DNA of 64,000 bases from Octopus vulgaris (lineage: Eukaryota), in contig OX597825.1 of assembly GCA_951406725.2 (NCBI GenBank), positions 47,616,001 through 47,680,000 on the forward strand. Reading direction: 5' to 3'. This document shows, in pieces, positions 40,380 through 52,400 of this stretch. How positions within the stretch are numbered: position 1 is the stretch's first letter; every line of letters starts with the position of its first letter. The position numbers were made by a program, and so were the translations under genes. The notes beneath the pieces are model-generated. The model saw only the letters and a list, made by a program, of their open reading frames with translations. It had not been told where the DNA came from and searched no databases.

Positions 40380-41750
40380 GAATGAGTATTAATTATTCCA
40401 TAATGGGCTCAAGTGATGACTCATATTATTAAAAAGATACTAAAAATTGAAAAAGTGTCTGTTGAAAAGGTCAACATTTATTCTAATATATTTTCTGATA
40501 AAACCATAAGAGTGGGCTACTCAACATCGAGGAATGTTGGTAATATCTTCCCAATAAATAATAAGAAATTAAATAATTATTATAACAGCACAATAAATAA
40601 TAGTTTTAGCTATATAATCGCTAGTGACAGAAGTCATAAACTACATATAGATAAATGTTCATGTCATTATAAGACTAAACGTAAGCTCTCTAATAATTGT
40701 AATATTAACAATGTAATTTATGAATGTATAGTAATCTCTAAGAAAAAGAATAAATATATAAATAACGTATATATAGGGTCTGCAGCTAATTAAATTAAAA
40801 AAGAATCTCCAAACATTACCAGACTTTTAGAAATCCCAATTTAAGTAAGTCCACAGGTTTAAGTAAATTTACATAGGAATTGAAATCTAGTAAAAGAGAG
40901 TATACCCTCAATTGTAGTATAAAAGATAGATCCCACTCTTATGATATTGGGAATAAAATGTGCTTATTATGTATAACAGAGTTTATAAAACTGATACAGT
41001 CTAGAGACGAGTTACTAAACACATAAGATAAAGGAGTGAAATGTAGACACCAAAGTAAATTTACTTTCAATAAAATGAAATACTGAACCGCTCACCCCCC
41101 TTGAATCTCATCACCACACACTTTTGTTTATACAGTACTTGACTAGATTATATAAATAGTTAAATAAATTGATTAATCAAACATTATTAAATATGACATT
41201 ATAACAAATTATATATCTCCCTCAACATAGCTGGATAGAATATCATAATAAAAGCAGATAATTTGATTTAAACTATGCGTAGTGGAATTAGCCCCTTAGA
41301 ACTAATCACCTATAAATGTCCATAGTGATCTGCTTAATTTTTATGATTTAAAATAGCTGAAGATCCTGAAGGTGTGTTGGTAGAATAGTAAATCTGAGGA
41401 TTACATATATTCTGATCTTTCAATACAGAAACACGTGTAGTACCTTTTTAATTATAATTGTAACTCAAGTAAGGGTTAATTATGGTAGTATATTTCATAC
41501 CCTGTTATTGTACTGGTTTTATCCTCAAGTATTACTTCTTGATGTGCATATAAATACCATGAGTTTTCCATCATAAATACTGGTTATATTCTTTTTGCAT
41601 TATCTGAAATGGAATACCCACAAATCTATTCATTGAAATCCCAATAACTGAACCATTATTAATTATCTATTATCATATATTTTGTATATTTCTATATAAA
41701 TATGTATAAATAATTTATAATCATGACCCCACTGCACGATATGCTGATGT
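40380..41750 (+). mobile_element. Penelope-like (Poseidon-type) 3' fragment: GIY-YIG endonuclease + terminal repeat
   Basis: IRVGYSTSRNV, CNINNVIYECIV..VYIGSA, TGLSKF, CLLCITE motifs; degraded HHR at 41366-41439. Confidence 0.8.
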
Positions 41751-41846
41751 GGGATACACGGTATATATTGTCCATATTAAAATGCATGTAATGCTAAAGG
41801 GTGTGTACCTGATCGATTTGGAAATTCCTTTTCCCACATTTTATTC

Positions 41847-41929
<83 letters not shown>

Positions 41930-42181
41930 CAAGGGAACTAGAAATTAAGTAATCAACTGCTTAACTTATTAGTATTTCTGCTGTAAGTTGCAGTGCAATC
42001 AAAGTTGAGTGCTTATTTATCACCTTAGGACGTTGTTGGAGCTTCAAAAGCGAAGTGCAGTTTTATTTGGAGAATGATTTATATAGATATATGGAGAACA
42101 TCACCAAAATGTAGAATCAAGTTTGAAGGGTAAAAACCATTGCTATAAATATATAGATTTAGATAACATTATGTATATATG

Positions 42182-42305
<124 letters not shown>

Positions 42306-42492
42306 TGCGTGTGTGTGTGTGAGAGAGTGTGTGTGTATACGCATACATAAAATATAGACAAAATATGTATGTTAATACAGGTTATACATATGAATGAGCA
42401 TAAAGAACTTGAACAGAAAGAACAAAATGCAGGCAGGCAGAAAGCTACAGAAACTAAAATCGAGGGAGAGGGAGAGAGTGAGAGAGAGAGAG

Positions 42493-42574
<82 letters not shown>

Positions 42575-44877
42575 GATATTAGAAAATTGAAAATTTTTAT
42601 TTTTATTTGTTAAAACGTTTATTCAATTGAAAATGTAACTTCGAAAAAGACTTCAAGTCGCGTGCGCTGCAATGGTGTACTTGACACTGTACTTTATTCA
42701 ATGCCATTCCCTCTACTTCTGGTCTTATATCGGTGTCATCTCCTCCAAGAGACATGCTGTAACAAGAGCTAAGGAAGGCTGCTACACTGGTGGGGGGATC
42801 TCCTTTTGATAACGTCATTTTAGTTTTCTAGGAAGCGATGAGAATTTTCCAGTCTGTCGACTCCATTTTTGTTTCCAGCTGTCTTGTACCTAGTTTACTT
42901 TCGTTGTAAATTGTCATAAATAAATGAAAATGTTGATATTAATTTCAAAGTTCTCTTGAAATTTCAATGAATATATCAGAAATTTTGATTCCCATAACTA
43001 TTATACAAATATCTATTTTCGCTTATAAAGTTTATTATTCTAATGTTACTTCAGAGAATATCTCTGTAGAAGTCCCTAATTTTCTAATGTTGGAATACCC
43101 AACACAGTCCATCAATCTACTATACCAACTATAGTGAAAGAATGTTATAAATGGTACCAAACTCAAATAACATTCTTCAATTATCTACATTGCATTTTAG
43201 TCTCTTAATTCTACTCCTCGTATCCTGTCTTGGACGAAATGATTTAAGCCATTGAATTTGAAACAAGCTATATTAACATATCCTTTGCTTATGTAACATA
43301 CATTCATCATGATTGTTAATGGAATTAGAACTATTCAATTAGAACTATTCAAATTTCATTTGTGTGGCGAAATGTGTTTTCCTCAAATGCATGCAGACAT
43401 TCTTAACATAAAATCAGACATTTCACACAGAAATACATTTGTAAATTTATGAATGAGCACATATCTTTAACTTCAGATTTTAATTAATTTATTTTCACAC
43501 AGCATGTTATATAATTTTGTTGGCGACACAACTATCCTGTAAGAATACATTCCGCTATCTAGTGTATCATATATCTAATGTTCTGGAAGGGTATTGACTG
43601 CTAATTTTTGCTTGGATTCTTCAGTATTTGTTTTTATAACGAAAACAGTAATTGAAGCTGAAACCTATTTTGGCACATCTAAAAGGTGAGATTCTCGAGA
43701 TAATATCCTGAGATAAGATCTGAGCATGGAGATTTTCTTATAATTTAGGGTCGTGTCCAACACAGTGACGTTAAATTTTAATTATTTTTGTTCAACATGT
43801 TTGCAATAACCCTGTTCGAATTCTTCCGTACATACAGCTGGTTGAAGACATTTCTTCTCCATACTGACTCCAGTGACTTCCAACGTGTTTAATGATGGTT
43901 TGTATTTTAAAGAGATTAAGTTGTTTACATTGAAGCTGCAACCGTAGACTGATCTTGGATGTCTGGCATTTTGTGTTTATAGCACAAAAATTTATAGTTT
44001 AGATTTCAAGCTGTAGGTTCTTTCAGCTGATGCAGCTTAAAGGTTTTAAATATTGTATCTCCAAACTGATTTTTAAAAATTTCCATTTAACATGTTTCTC
44101 ATATTTGTGAAAGTATTCTCTGTTCTATTATGACAACAATGCGAAATATTTCTTTGTAGAAATAAAATTATGTTTTCTAATTTACGGGACCGCACTGGTC
44201 CAGATGTGTCTTCATTATGTCGCTTCAGCTACTTACGTTAAGTTAGCTGTGAGATTACCAACAAATATATATGTATGTTTATAAATATACTTTTGTATGT
44301 TTTATGTGGGTATTATGCATAATGTTTGTATGTTTTATACATGTATATAACGTATATATGCGATGTATATATGTATGCATATAAATATAAATAGATTTAA
44401 TTATACATACACACAAACACACACACACTTTTGCATCTTTCATCTCGATTTGATGATTACTTCTTTGGGGAGTGGGGATTGGGACAATGACCTGAAACCA
44501 GTTCCTGATTCTGTAAACAAATATTTAAATGAAGACAGAATTTAGCAAATGCGTTTGGTTTAAATTGCTTCCTGCAGTTTTGCACTCACAAACTATAATT
44601 TGTGCAATACGAAGCGCCAGTAAATATATCATAAGTTTGCTAACATCATTCGCACCTAAAATTTACCATTGCAAACACCAAATGTCACCTCACTGTTTCT
44701 GTCTTGGGAACCTTCATAATTTGAATCTGTGTTGTACATATCTCATAATCTTATTTTCAATTTTCTTTCTTTTTTATTTTTAGTCCTTCAAACTTTTCTC
44801 TGATTTCCTGATGTCTATGGGTTGTTATTCTCAATTTATAAACAAACTAAATTTTATATATATATTTTTGATAAATA

Positions 44878-45093
44878 TTGGTTTCAAATTTTGGCAGAAG
44901 GCCAGCAAGTTCTTGGGAGAAGGTAAATCGATTACATCGATGCCAGTACTCAACTGGTACTTATTTTATCGATCCCGAAAAGATGAAAGGCAAAATCGAC
45001 CCAGGTGGCATTTGAACTCAGATCATAAAGACCGACGAATTATCGCTACGCGCTTTGCCCGGTGTGCTAATCATTCTGTCAGCTCGCCACCTT
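44878..45093 (-). mobile_element. Octopus-type SINE (family B)
   Basis: Full-length homologue of 26705-26910. Confidence 0.75.
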
Positions 45094-46589
45094 ATTTTCA
45101 ATAAATAGTAACTGTATTTTTGAATTCCATCAATCTTACGTTCTTTTACTCACTTTTTTTGCCAGTTCTGCTTCCAGAATATTTTACTATCGTCAAGTTT
45201 ATATCTTATTCAGGGTGTGATACTCTGTATTTTCCCTCCAAACATTTCATTTCTACTGACTCAATCAACTTATTTGTAAAATAAGTATAAGAATGCATTT
45301 ACAAGACAGATATTTCATTATCTTGCATTATATTAACCTCTCATAGGCTCCACCAGCTGACAGTCTCTACCCTCCCTATATGGTAAAGAAAGGAAGAATT
45401 CTATAAGCAACATCATTAATGATTTGGTTTACTGGATTACCGAAGTCACTAAAATAATTAATGCATTCAGACAAAATATTATGCCACACTGCTTTTAAAT
45501 AGCTGACTGTCACTTCTAATGATCAACTAATATTTTCAATTTGTTCAAAGTTAATTATTTTCTAGAATTCTTGAAGAGTTATATTTCAAACAAAAGTGCA
45601 AATTGGGTGTAAGAAATTCTATTTATGCTCGGAGGAAATATTCCATATTTTCATGTCTAAATATAATTATTGAGTAATTAGCCCCGAAATGCTCGTATTA
45701 CCACTGAAAAGTGTTCAAATATTTCCCTATAGAAGATTTTAAATTACGTATTACTTGGGTTGGCGATACTAAGAATTTACTAGGACAACAGTGGGGGATT
45801 AACTAGTTTGCCTTTAATATTCTATTAGCAATTTCTACCCCAACTCAGTTTTTCCTTGATTATTTCTTTATCTACAGTCCTTTAATACCTTCTTAGCTCT
45901 TACCATCTTTTACGTAATATTGATTCGTTCTAGACATCTCAAAACTAATTATTCTCCTTTGTGTGTAAATATTTTCCATATAGAGTACTCTCATATATAT
46001 CTAGTAGGATATTACCTACATATAGATCTAAGGTTGATTTACCAAGTAATTCTGATTTTCCTGTAGTTTGATGTAACCTATTCTAAATTCTTTGTATATT
46101 ATATTTCTAAGTTCTAATCGGCTCTTAATGCATATGTTTCTCGTAGAAATTATATCTGTCCATATCGCTTAAGGATAGTGGACGAAAAACATTTGAACTA
46201 GTTTATTAATTAGCCTTTCAGGACACTGCTCCTAAACTTAAGGGTCACTCTTGGGTTAAATTCGTATTTCTCCACACTTATCCTTTGCACTTATCACAAC
46301 TGTCCCTTACCTGAAGTATAAGACTTAAAACCATTATACTTTAGTTCGTTTGATATGCTACTAGTGGCAACACCTTGAATAAAACTGCATGGATACGTTT
46401 AACAAGGATTTCACGATGAAATCTTTATGCAGCCGAACCAACAGCATGCAAATGGACACCGCATAATAAGATATCCATGCGAAAGAAACACATATTGGAT
46501 GAAGTTTAAAGAGTGTATACTGTACAAAAGGCTGTAAAAAAATAAAGCTCTATTGTAGATGTATAGTGCTTCATCTTCATTTAATGTGT

Positions 46590-46627
<38 letters not shown>

Positions 46628-46779
46628 AAGTATATTTGCCATCTAAATATGGCTAACCACTAAGGGTTGATGTTACTGTAGCTTGTAGCCCCGAAAAAAA
46701 TCTCCAGCTGGCTATTGACACACTTTCTGTGCCCTATTGGTTTTTACAAAGGGAGGTCATCCTTCCCTCGTCAACCTAA

Positions 46780-46838
46780 GTGATACGCACGGACTGCAGT
46801 TTCTGGGTATTGACCCGTCATCAGCGCACGGCAATCAC
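46780..46838 (-). ncRNA. Type I minimal hammerhead ribozyme, catalytic core intact
   Basis: Minus strand GTGATTGCCGTGCG-CTGATGA-CGGGTCAATACCCA-GAAA-CTGCAG-TC^CGTGCGTATCAC. Stem I GUGAU/AUCAC plus GUGCG/CGUGC, stem II GGGU/ACCC, palindromic stem III ACUGCAGU, GUC cleavage site at 46792. Confidence 0.85.
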
Positions 46839-47047
46839 CTTTCTCTTTATTATAGGCATGTAGACTGAATATAAAAAAGGACATTACAATTTACATACAA
46901 AACAATACAAAATTTGGGGTACATAAAACAAATAATGAATATGAAATGAGTTATGTGTAATGGGAAATGGAATGGCTTACGAGTCCCTCAAGCTCGCAGT
47001 TTCATTTATACATTTTGCAACTGTTCCACTTATCCATCATATATATA

Positions 47048-48343
47048 TTAGATGATATCCTCCATCCCAATCACGTTTGGCAGGCTATCATATCGAACGT
47101 CTATTTTACTTACTTTAATCTTTTCTTTAAATGTCTCTACCAATTTGTCTATTTTTTCTTTTTCTATTAACACCGCTCTAGCGCTTGGATCGAACATGCC
47201 GTTTTCTAATTTCACTCGTATCAGTCCTTTTGTTTTTGTTAATCTTTTTTCAATCTCCATATTTTTTTCGTAAAAAATTAAGCTTCTTATGTTTTCTCCC
47301 GTAGGTCGTCCTGTTTGTTTTACATGATTTACTCTCTCCATCACCTTCCTCCTCCATTCTCCGCATTTCTCTTTTCTGGCTTTACCTTCTTCTCTCATTG
47401 TCATTGTCTTCAGTTCCTGGGTTCGAATCTCTGTACTTTTTCTAATTGCTGTTGTCTTTCTTCCTTCATTTTCTACTTTACTTTTCTTTGGGCTTTTTGG
47501 TGGTGACTCCACCCTTGTTCTCTTTCTTTCTGCCGTTTTTTCTTCAACTTTTTCCTCTTCCTCTTTTTCTTCTTCCTCCGCTCTCGCTGCGTCACTGTGC
47601 ATTTCCTCCTCTTCTGCCTGCGCTTCTCTTAGGGGACACCTTGCTTGCATATGTCCCATTCTTTTACAGTTATAACATATTGGTAGTCTCCCCTCCACCA
47701 CCACTCTCAGTCGGGTTTCGTTGGGGAGCACTAACTCTTCCGCAATGTTGTACAAGTCTGGCAGGGTTATATGTATCAGTGCTTCCACACCATAACCCCA
47801 CCAGTTGACGTCTCTCGATTTTTCAACCTTTAGGATGTCCACATCCTCCTTACAATTATAAATTATAGCAGCTACAAGTCTCTCTACCTCTAACTCCGGT
47901 GGCACCTTTCCTATTTTCACATTCGTTGTTCGTTTCCCACAATAGGTCGGAAGAAGCACCCATCCAGCTGTTCTTAATATCATGATAGCGTGTTTCTTGG
48001 CCTCCTCCTCACTTTCAAACTGCACCTCCACTGTGGCGAACTTCCTTCCTCTTGCGTAGAAGGTCGTTCTATCTTTAATTTCCGTAAGACATTCCTCAAT
48101 GTCGTCTGTTTCTGCCACTTCTATTTTCTTGTTGGCCACACTCCACGTTCTATATACAATAATCTTTTTCCTCGCTTTTTCTGCGTCTTCCTCCGGCGGT
48201 GTGATCCATAAGCAATCACCCTCCTTCTTGAAATTTTCGAAATATTTCTTCAAACCTTCCTTCTCAATTAATACTTCTTTCAGCTGTAACATGTCGTCTG
48301 ACAGACTTTTGCTTGCTGCTTGGGCGTAACTTGTTGTTTGCAT
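47048..48343 (-). CDS. 431-aa LINE ORF1-like nucleic-acid-binding protein with CCHC zinc knuckle
   Basis: Uninterrupted ATG-to-stop ORF. N-terminal SYAQAA, VEVQFESEEEA..PTYCGKRTTNVKIGKVPPE and VVVEGRLPICYNCKRMGHMQARC, matching the Tx1 ORF1 relics at 3304-3693, 2634-3230 and 53049-53348. E/K-rich C-terminus. Confidence 0.85.
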   Translation of the reverse strand: MQTTSYAQAASKSLSDDMLQLKEVLIEKEGLKKYFENFKKEGDCLWITPPEEDAEKARKKIIVYRTWSVANKKIEVAETDDIEECLTEIKDRTTFYARGRKFATVEVQFESEEEAKKHAIMILRTAGWVLLPTYCGKRTTNVKIGKVPPELEVERLVAAIIYNCKEDVDILKVEKSRDVNWWGYGVEALIHITLPDLYNIAEELVLPNETRLRVVVEGRLPICYNCKRMGHMQARCPLREAQAEEEEMHSDAARAEEEEKEEEEKVEEKTAERKRTRVESPPKSPKKSKVENEGRKTTAIRKSTEIRTQELKTMTMREEGKARKEKCGEWRRKVMERVNHVKQTGRPTGENIRSLIFYEKNMEIEKRLTKTKGLIRVKLENGMFDPSARAVLIEKEKIDKLVETFKEKIKVSKIDVRYDSLPNVIGMEDII

Positions 48344-48366
48344 ACCTACAAAGGGTAGCTACAAAA

Positions 48367-48411
48367 TAATTTTCAAAATTCAACTACATTGTAGTTGAAT
48401 TTTGAAAATTA
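48367..48411. repeat. Perfect 22-bp-arm palindrome in the 5' leader of the ORF
   Basis: TAATTTTCAAAATTCAACTACA-T-TGTAGTTGAATTTTGAAAATTA. Confidence 0.9.
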
Positions 48412-48525
48412 AAAATTTCTTATAACAATTTCTGCAACTCACAATATCATAAACTCCAACTCTGCAAAAAAGCAACACTTCAACGACGCGCACGACAATC
48501 ACCGGCTTTCGATGGAAGGGTCCCA

Positions 48526-48540
48526 ATGCAAATATTTATA
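48526..48540 (-). promoter_or_regulatory. Putative TATA box (TATAAATA) with adjacent octamer (ATTTGCAT)
   Basis: About 200 nt upstream of the ORF ATG and 35-40 nt upstream of the GGTGATTGTCGTGCGC leader. Motif match only. Confidence 0.3.
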
Positions 48541-49025
48541 TCCTTTTTCCAGTGACTTCTCGTCACTGAGAAAACATAAGAAGCTTAATTTTTTACGAAA
48601 AAAATATGGAGATTGAAAAAAGATTAACAAAAACAAAAGGACTGATACGAGTGAAATTAGAAAACGGCATGTTCGATCCAAGCGCTAGAGCGGTGTTAAT
48701 AGAAAAAGAAAAAATAGACAAATTGGTAGACATTTAAAGAAAAGATTAAAGTAAGTAAAATAGACGTTCGCTATGATAGCCTGCCCAACGTGATTGGGAT
48801 GGAGGATGTCATCTAATATATATCTGATGGATAAGTGGAACAGTTGCAAAATGTATAAATGAAACTGCGAGCTTGAGGGACTCGTAAGCCATTCCATTTC
48901 CCATTACACATAACTCATTTCATATTCATTATTTGTTTTATGTACCCCAAATTTTGTATTGTTTTGTATGTAAATTGTAATGTCCTTTTTTATATTCAGT
49001 CTACATGCCTATAATAAAGAGAAAG

Positions 49026-49084
49026 GTGATTGCCGTGCGCTGATGACGAGTCAATACCCAAAAACTGCAGTCCGTGCGTATCAC
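49026..49084 (+). ncRNA. Hammerhead ribozyme copy in the inverted repeat, probably inactivated
   Basis: CTGATGA-CGAGTCAATACCCA-AAAA-CTGCAG-TC: G12 changed to A, plus a G-to-A change in stem II relative to the left copy. Confidence 0.75.
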
Positions 49085-49830
49085 TTAGGTTGACGAGGGA
49101 AGGATGACCTCCCTTTGTAAATACCGATAGGGCACAGAAAGTGTGTCAATAGCCAGCTGGAGATTTTTTTCTGGGGCTACAAGCTACAGTAACATCCACC
49201 CTTAGTGGTTAGCCATATTTAGATGGCAAATATACTTCACATTGTCGTGCAGTTACTGTCTATACCTCGTTCAGAGATTTATTATATATATATATATATA
49301 TTTATTGGGGATTGGTGTTTAAGATATTTTAATTTCATGGTTGATAATTATGTCAAAAACTCGGCGGTGATTTTTCCAGCATAATGTCAATAGATAATGT
49401 ATTTTGTATTTAATTCATTTTCACCAACCAATCATAGTCTGCGGCATATATAGATATGTATTGTTTTTCAATATAAATATATCGACATGAACGGTTCAAT
49501 GAAACAATTCGAAGAGCTACTATGTAATGTACATTACGTAGCATGCACAACTAGATCGTTATTAACATACATGTCCATAGACTTTATGCAAGAATAGTCA
49601 CTGTGGAGTTATTGAAATAATTGCCAACCATGAAATAAAAATAACTCCAATCTTTAGTTTTTATTACTCATACACTACGACGGAAATGGAAGTGACGGAT
49701 TTCCTGTTTGTTCGAAACATCAGTTTCCAAGGGAGATTCTCCTTTGCAATTTTCAGATTGCTACCGTGCATATAAGTGCTTCCCGAGGTAAACATCTGGA
49801 TTATCTTAACCCTAATAATCTACTCTGTAT

Positions 49831-49889
<59 letters not shown>

Positions 49890-50494
49890 TGTGTGTGAGT
49901 GTGTGTGTGTGTGCGTGCACGTGTTTGCGTGTGTGTGAGTAGCTGTTAAATCGCACTGAAATAGATGAAAAATAAAACGTTTCTAGTAATACTTCATAAC
50001 TGACAGCAAGTGTCGATCAAATCGACAACATTGCTATTTCAAATGTCTGTGTAGGAATCCCTTATCATTGTCCCGAACCAGTTAAGGACTTTGTTCTATA
50101 AAACTAAGTAATTCCTCCGACCAAAACTTCCGATAGTATGCTTTCATAAAGTATTATAATTTAAGATGGAATTAAATATCTAAATCGTTAGTGTCGTGCA
50201 ATATTTAGTTACAGTTCCTCACGTTCAGAGTTCACATCCCAGCGATGTCAGTAAAATGCGTACCGGTTGAGCATTGGGTCAATATTATCGACTAGCATCA
50301 TCCTAACAAAATTAAGGCATTATGCCTATATTTACTAGTGTAATTGGTGGTGGTGGGTGGAGCGGTCCGCCTCGAAAGCACATTTAAAGGGACGGCACTT
50401 TTCATCCTGTTGGCTATTGCTGTAGGCAATATGTGTTTGTTGAGGGATCCGGAGGTGGCAAACGGAAGGGCCGCTCCGGGCGGCACACATTCCA

Positions 50495-52400
50495 GTTACG
50501 CTAGGGGGAAATCATCAACAACCGATGGTGGATCGCCTTGAAAAGGGCAATTAGGGTAGAATCGATAACGTTCAGCAAGAAGTTAGCAATAGAAAGGAAT
50601 AGATTAGAGGGAGAACGTCTTAGCAAACTGGAAGAGGCTATTAATAAAGGCATTGTAATCGATGTGCTAGAGGCGAGAATGGCCTTGACCATTTCTTCGA
50701 GACGAAACAAAGGCTGAGTTGTCAGAGCTAGATCCTGTGCGCTCAAACACGAAGGGACTAAAGCCGTCCGATGGGCCCGAATGGTTGAGGCGTGACGTGG
50801 TAACAAAACACAGAGCGCGTGATACTCAGTTCTGAACATATGTGCGTGACTTTCCAGCAACACTTCGCGAGGATGTTTGATGGTTGGAAAGAGATGGGTT
50901 GACGACAGTAGCGGACTTTAATTCGTACCTCGACTGCCTGCTGCGGCTCTCGGCAGCGAGTGCGAGGCTCTGCGAAAAGCTGGTAATGGCCGCTGAAATA
51001 CGGGAGGCGATGAGTGATTGCACAAGTCGCAAGTTGCCTGGTTGGATGGTATGCATTATGAGTTCTATGAGCTCATGCCTGAGTTGTTAGTGGCCTCTTG
51101 GTAGATGTCTACGGTAACTATCAGCAGAAAGGGGAAAATGCCTAGTGTTGTTAGCCGGTGTGTGGTGACACTACTGAGGAAGGGTGACGACAATGGATTC
51201 GTGCTAGGGAATTTTAGACCCATAAATCTGCTAAACACAAAGTTTAAGATTTTGGCCAAGGTTTTAGCGAAAAGTTTGACGCTTGTCGTCGGTAGTCTGG
51301 TGAGGGAAGCGCAAACATGCGCTATCCTGAATAGAACAATCCAGGACAACCCCCACCTTTTGCGATACATCATAGAGAGGGCTGGAACTAAAACTGACTT
51401 CGGTGGGGCTCTGGTCCATTTGGATCAATCCAAAGAATTCGATAGAGTTAATCATCGCTTCCTTAAACCGCACTGAAAGCGGACGGTTTCGGACCCGTTT
51501 TCAGAGGCTGGATCGCAGAAATGCACAGCGGAAGCTGATCGGTAGTCAAAGTGAACGGTCACGTATCGGAACCGTTTCACATCGCACACTCATTCCGTCG
51601 CCTCTTCTGTAGGTGCTGGCTTTCAAGCCACTGTTGCGGAAGTTGGAATAGCTAAGGAGCATCTCTTTCGAACAGGGACACAGAAGAGCAGTGTCGGCGT
51701 ACGCAGACGACGTCACTGTCATGATGTCGGACACCACCGATGTGAAGACGATCGGCTACTTTCTAAAAGAATACGAGTCGGTTGCAGGAAGCAAAATTAA
51801 CGCCGACAAGTCAGGTATTTTGCAGCCTGGTACGTGGAGACGTAGGTAGGTCAATGCTGTCAGACGATGTTGTGGGACGTTGGACTGACGAACCAGTTAA
51901 ACTGCTTAGGGTCTGGTTCTGTTCCGACCTCCAGGTGGATAAGAACTGGGACGAGGCGACGAACAAGGTGGCCAGTCTTACCCAGAAATGAGCAGAGAGG
52001 AAGCTGTCCCCGAAAAGTCGGGCAAAGGTGGACTCCGTTATCATTTACCCCCTCACTGTCGTGCCCTGCTCCGGTTACTGCTTGACCAGGTTGGAGCGTC
52101 TCCTATTTATTTTCTTGTGCAAGGGACACATTCCAATGATCAGGCTGTCTGCTGCCGGCACCATCTGCGTAGCGGTTTAAGCATGCTATGGCTTCTGATG
52201 CGAAGACACGCACTCAGGTTGCGCCACCTACAACGATTTCTGGACGGTGAGCATGTGTGGGCTTCATTTGTGAGGCACGACTTTCGGCAATTCATCTCTT
52301 TGACGGAGCTGCAATCCTGGGTGAAGAGAAGACCGAGATTGGGCGCCTAGCACCTAGACTGTTGTCAGGCGCTGACAGCCCTCTACCAGTCGGACAATGA
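50495..52400 (+). mobile_element. Older Tx1-clade LINE ORF2 relic
   Basis: IINNRWWIALK, FRPINLLNTKFKILAKVLA, LDQSKEFDRVNH, AYADDVT, LMRRHALRLRHL; many stops. Confidence 0.88.

Larger units (their letters stand above)
46624..49241 (-). mobile_element. Non-autonomous HHR-bearing element carrying an intact LINE-ORF1-like gene, with inverted 3'-end duplication
   Basis: 46624-47298 is the reverse complement of 48568-49241 (about a dozen differences by eye). Encloses the 431-aa ORF. HHR in both repeats. Left end runs into (TG)n. Confidence 0.85.

Noticed and set aside
42603-44180. Coding-looking complex sequence on the minus strand, including a 71-aa ORF
   Set aside because: Stops in all frames and no recognisable motif; cannot be assigned without a search.
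45450-46520. Possible very old Penelope RT remnant (similar hints at 6150-6950, 30620-31320 and 59030-59300)
   Set aside because: Only vague motif similarity by eye; not supportable.
46624-49241. DNA transposon with long TIRs
   Set aside because: The inverted repeat includes 250 bp of the ORF itself, no TSD is evident, and the protein has a CCHC knuckle rather than a DDE motif. It fits inverted 3'-end duplication better.
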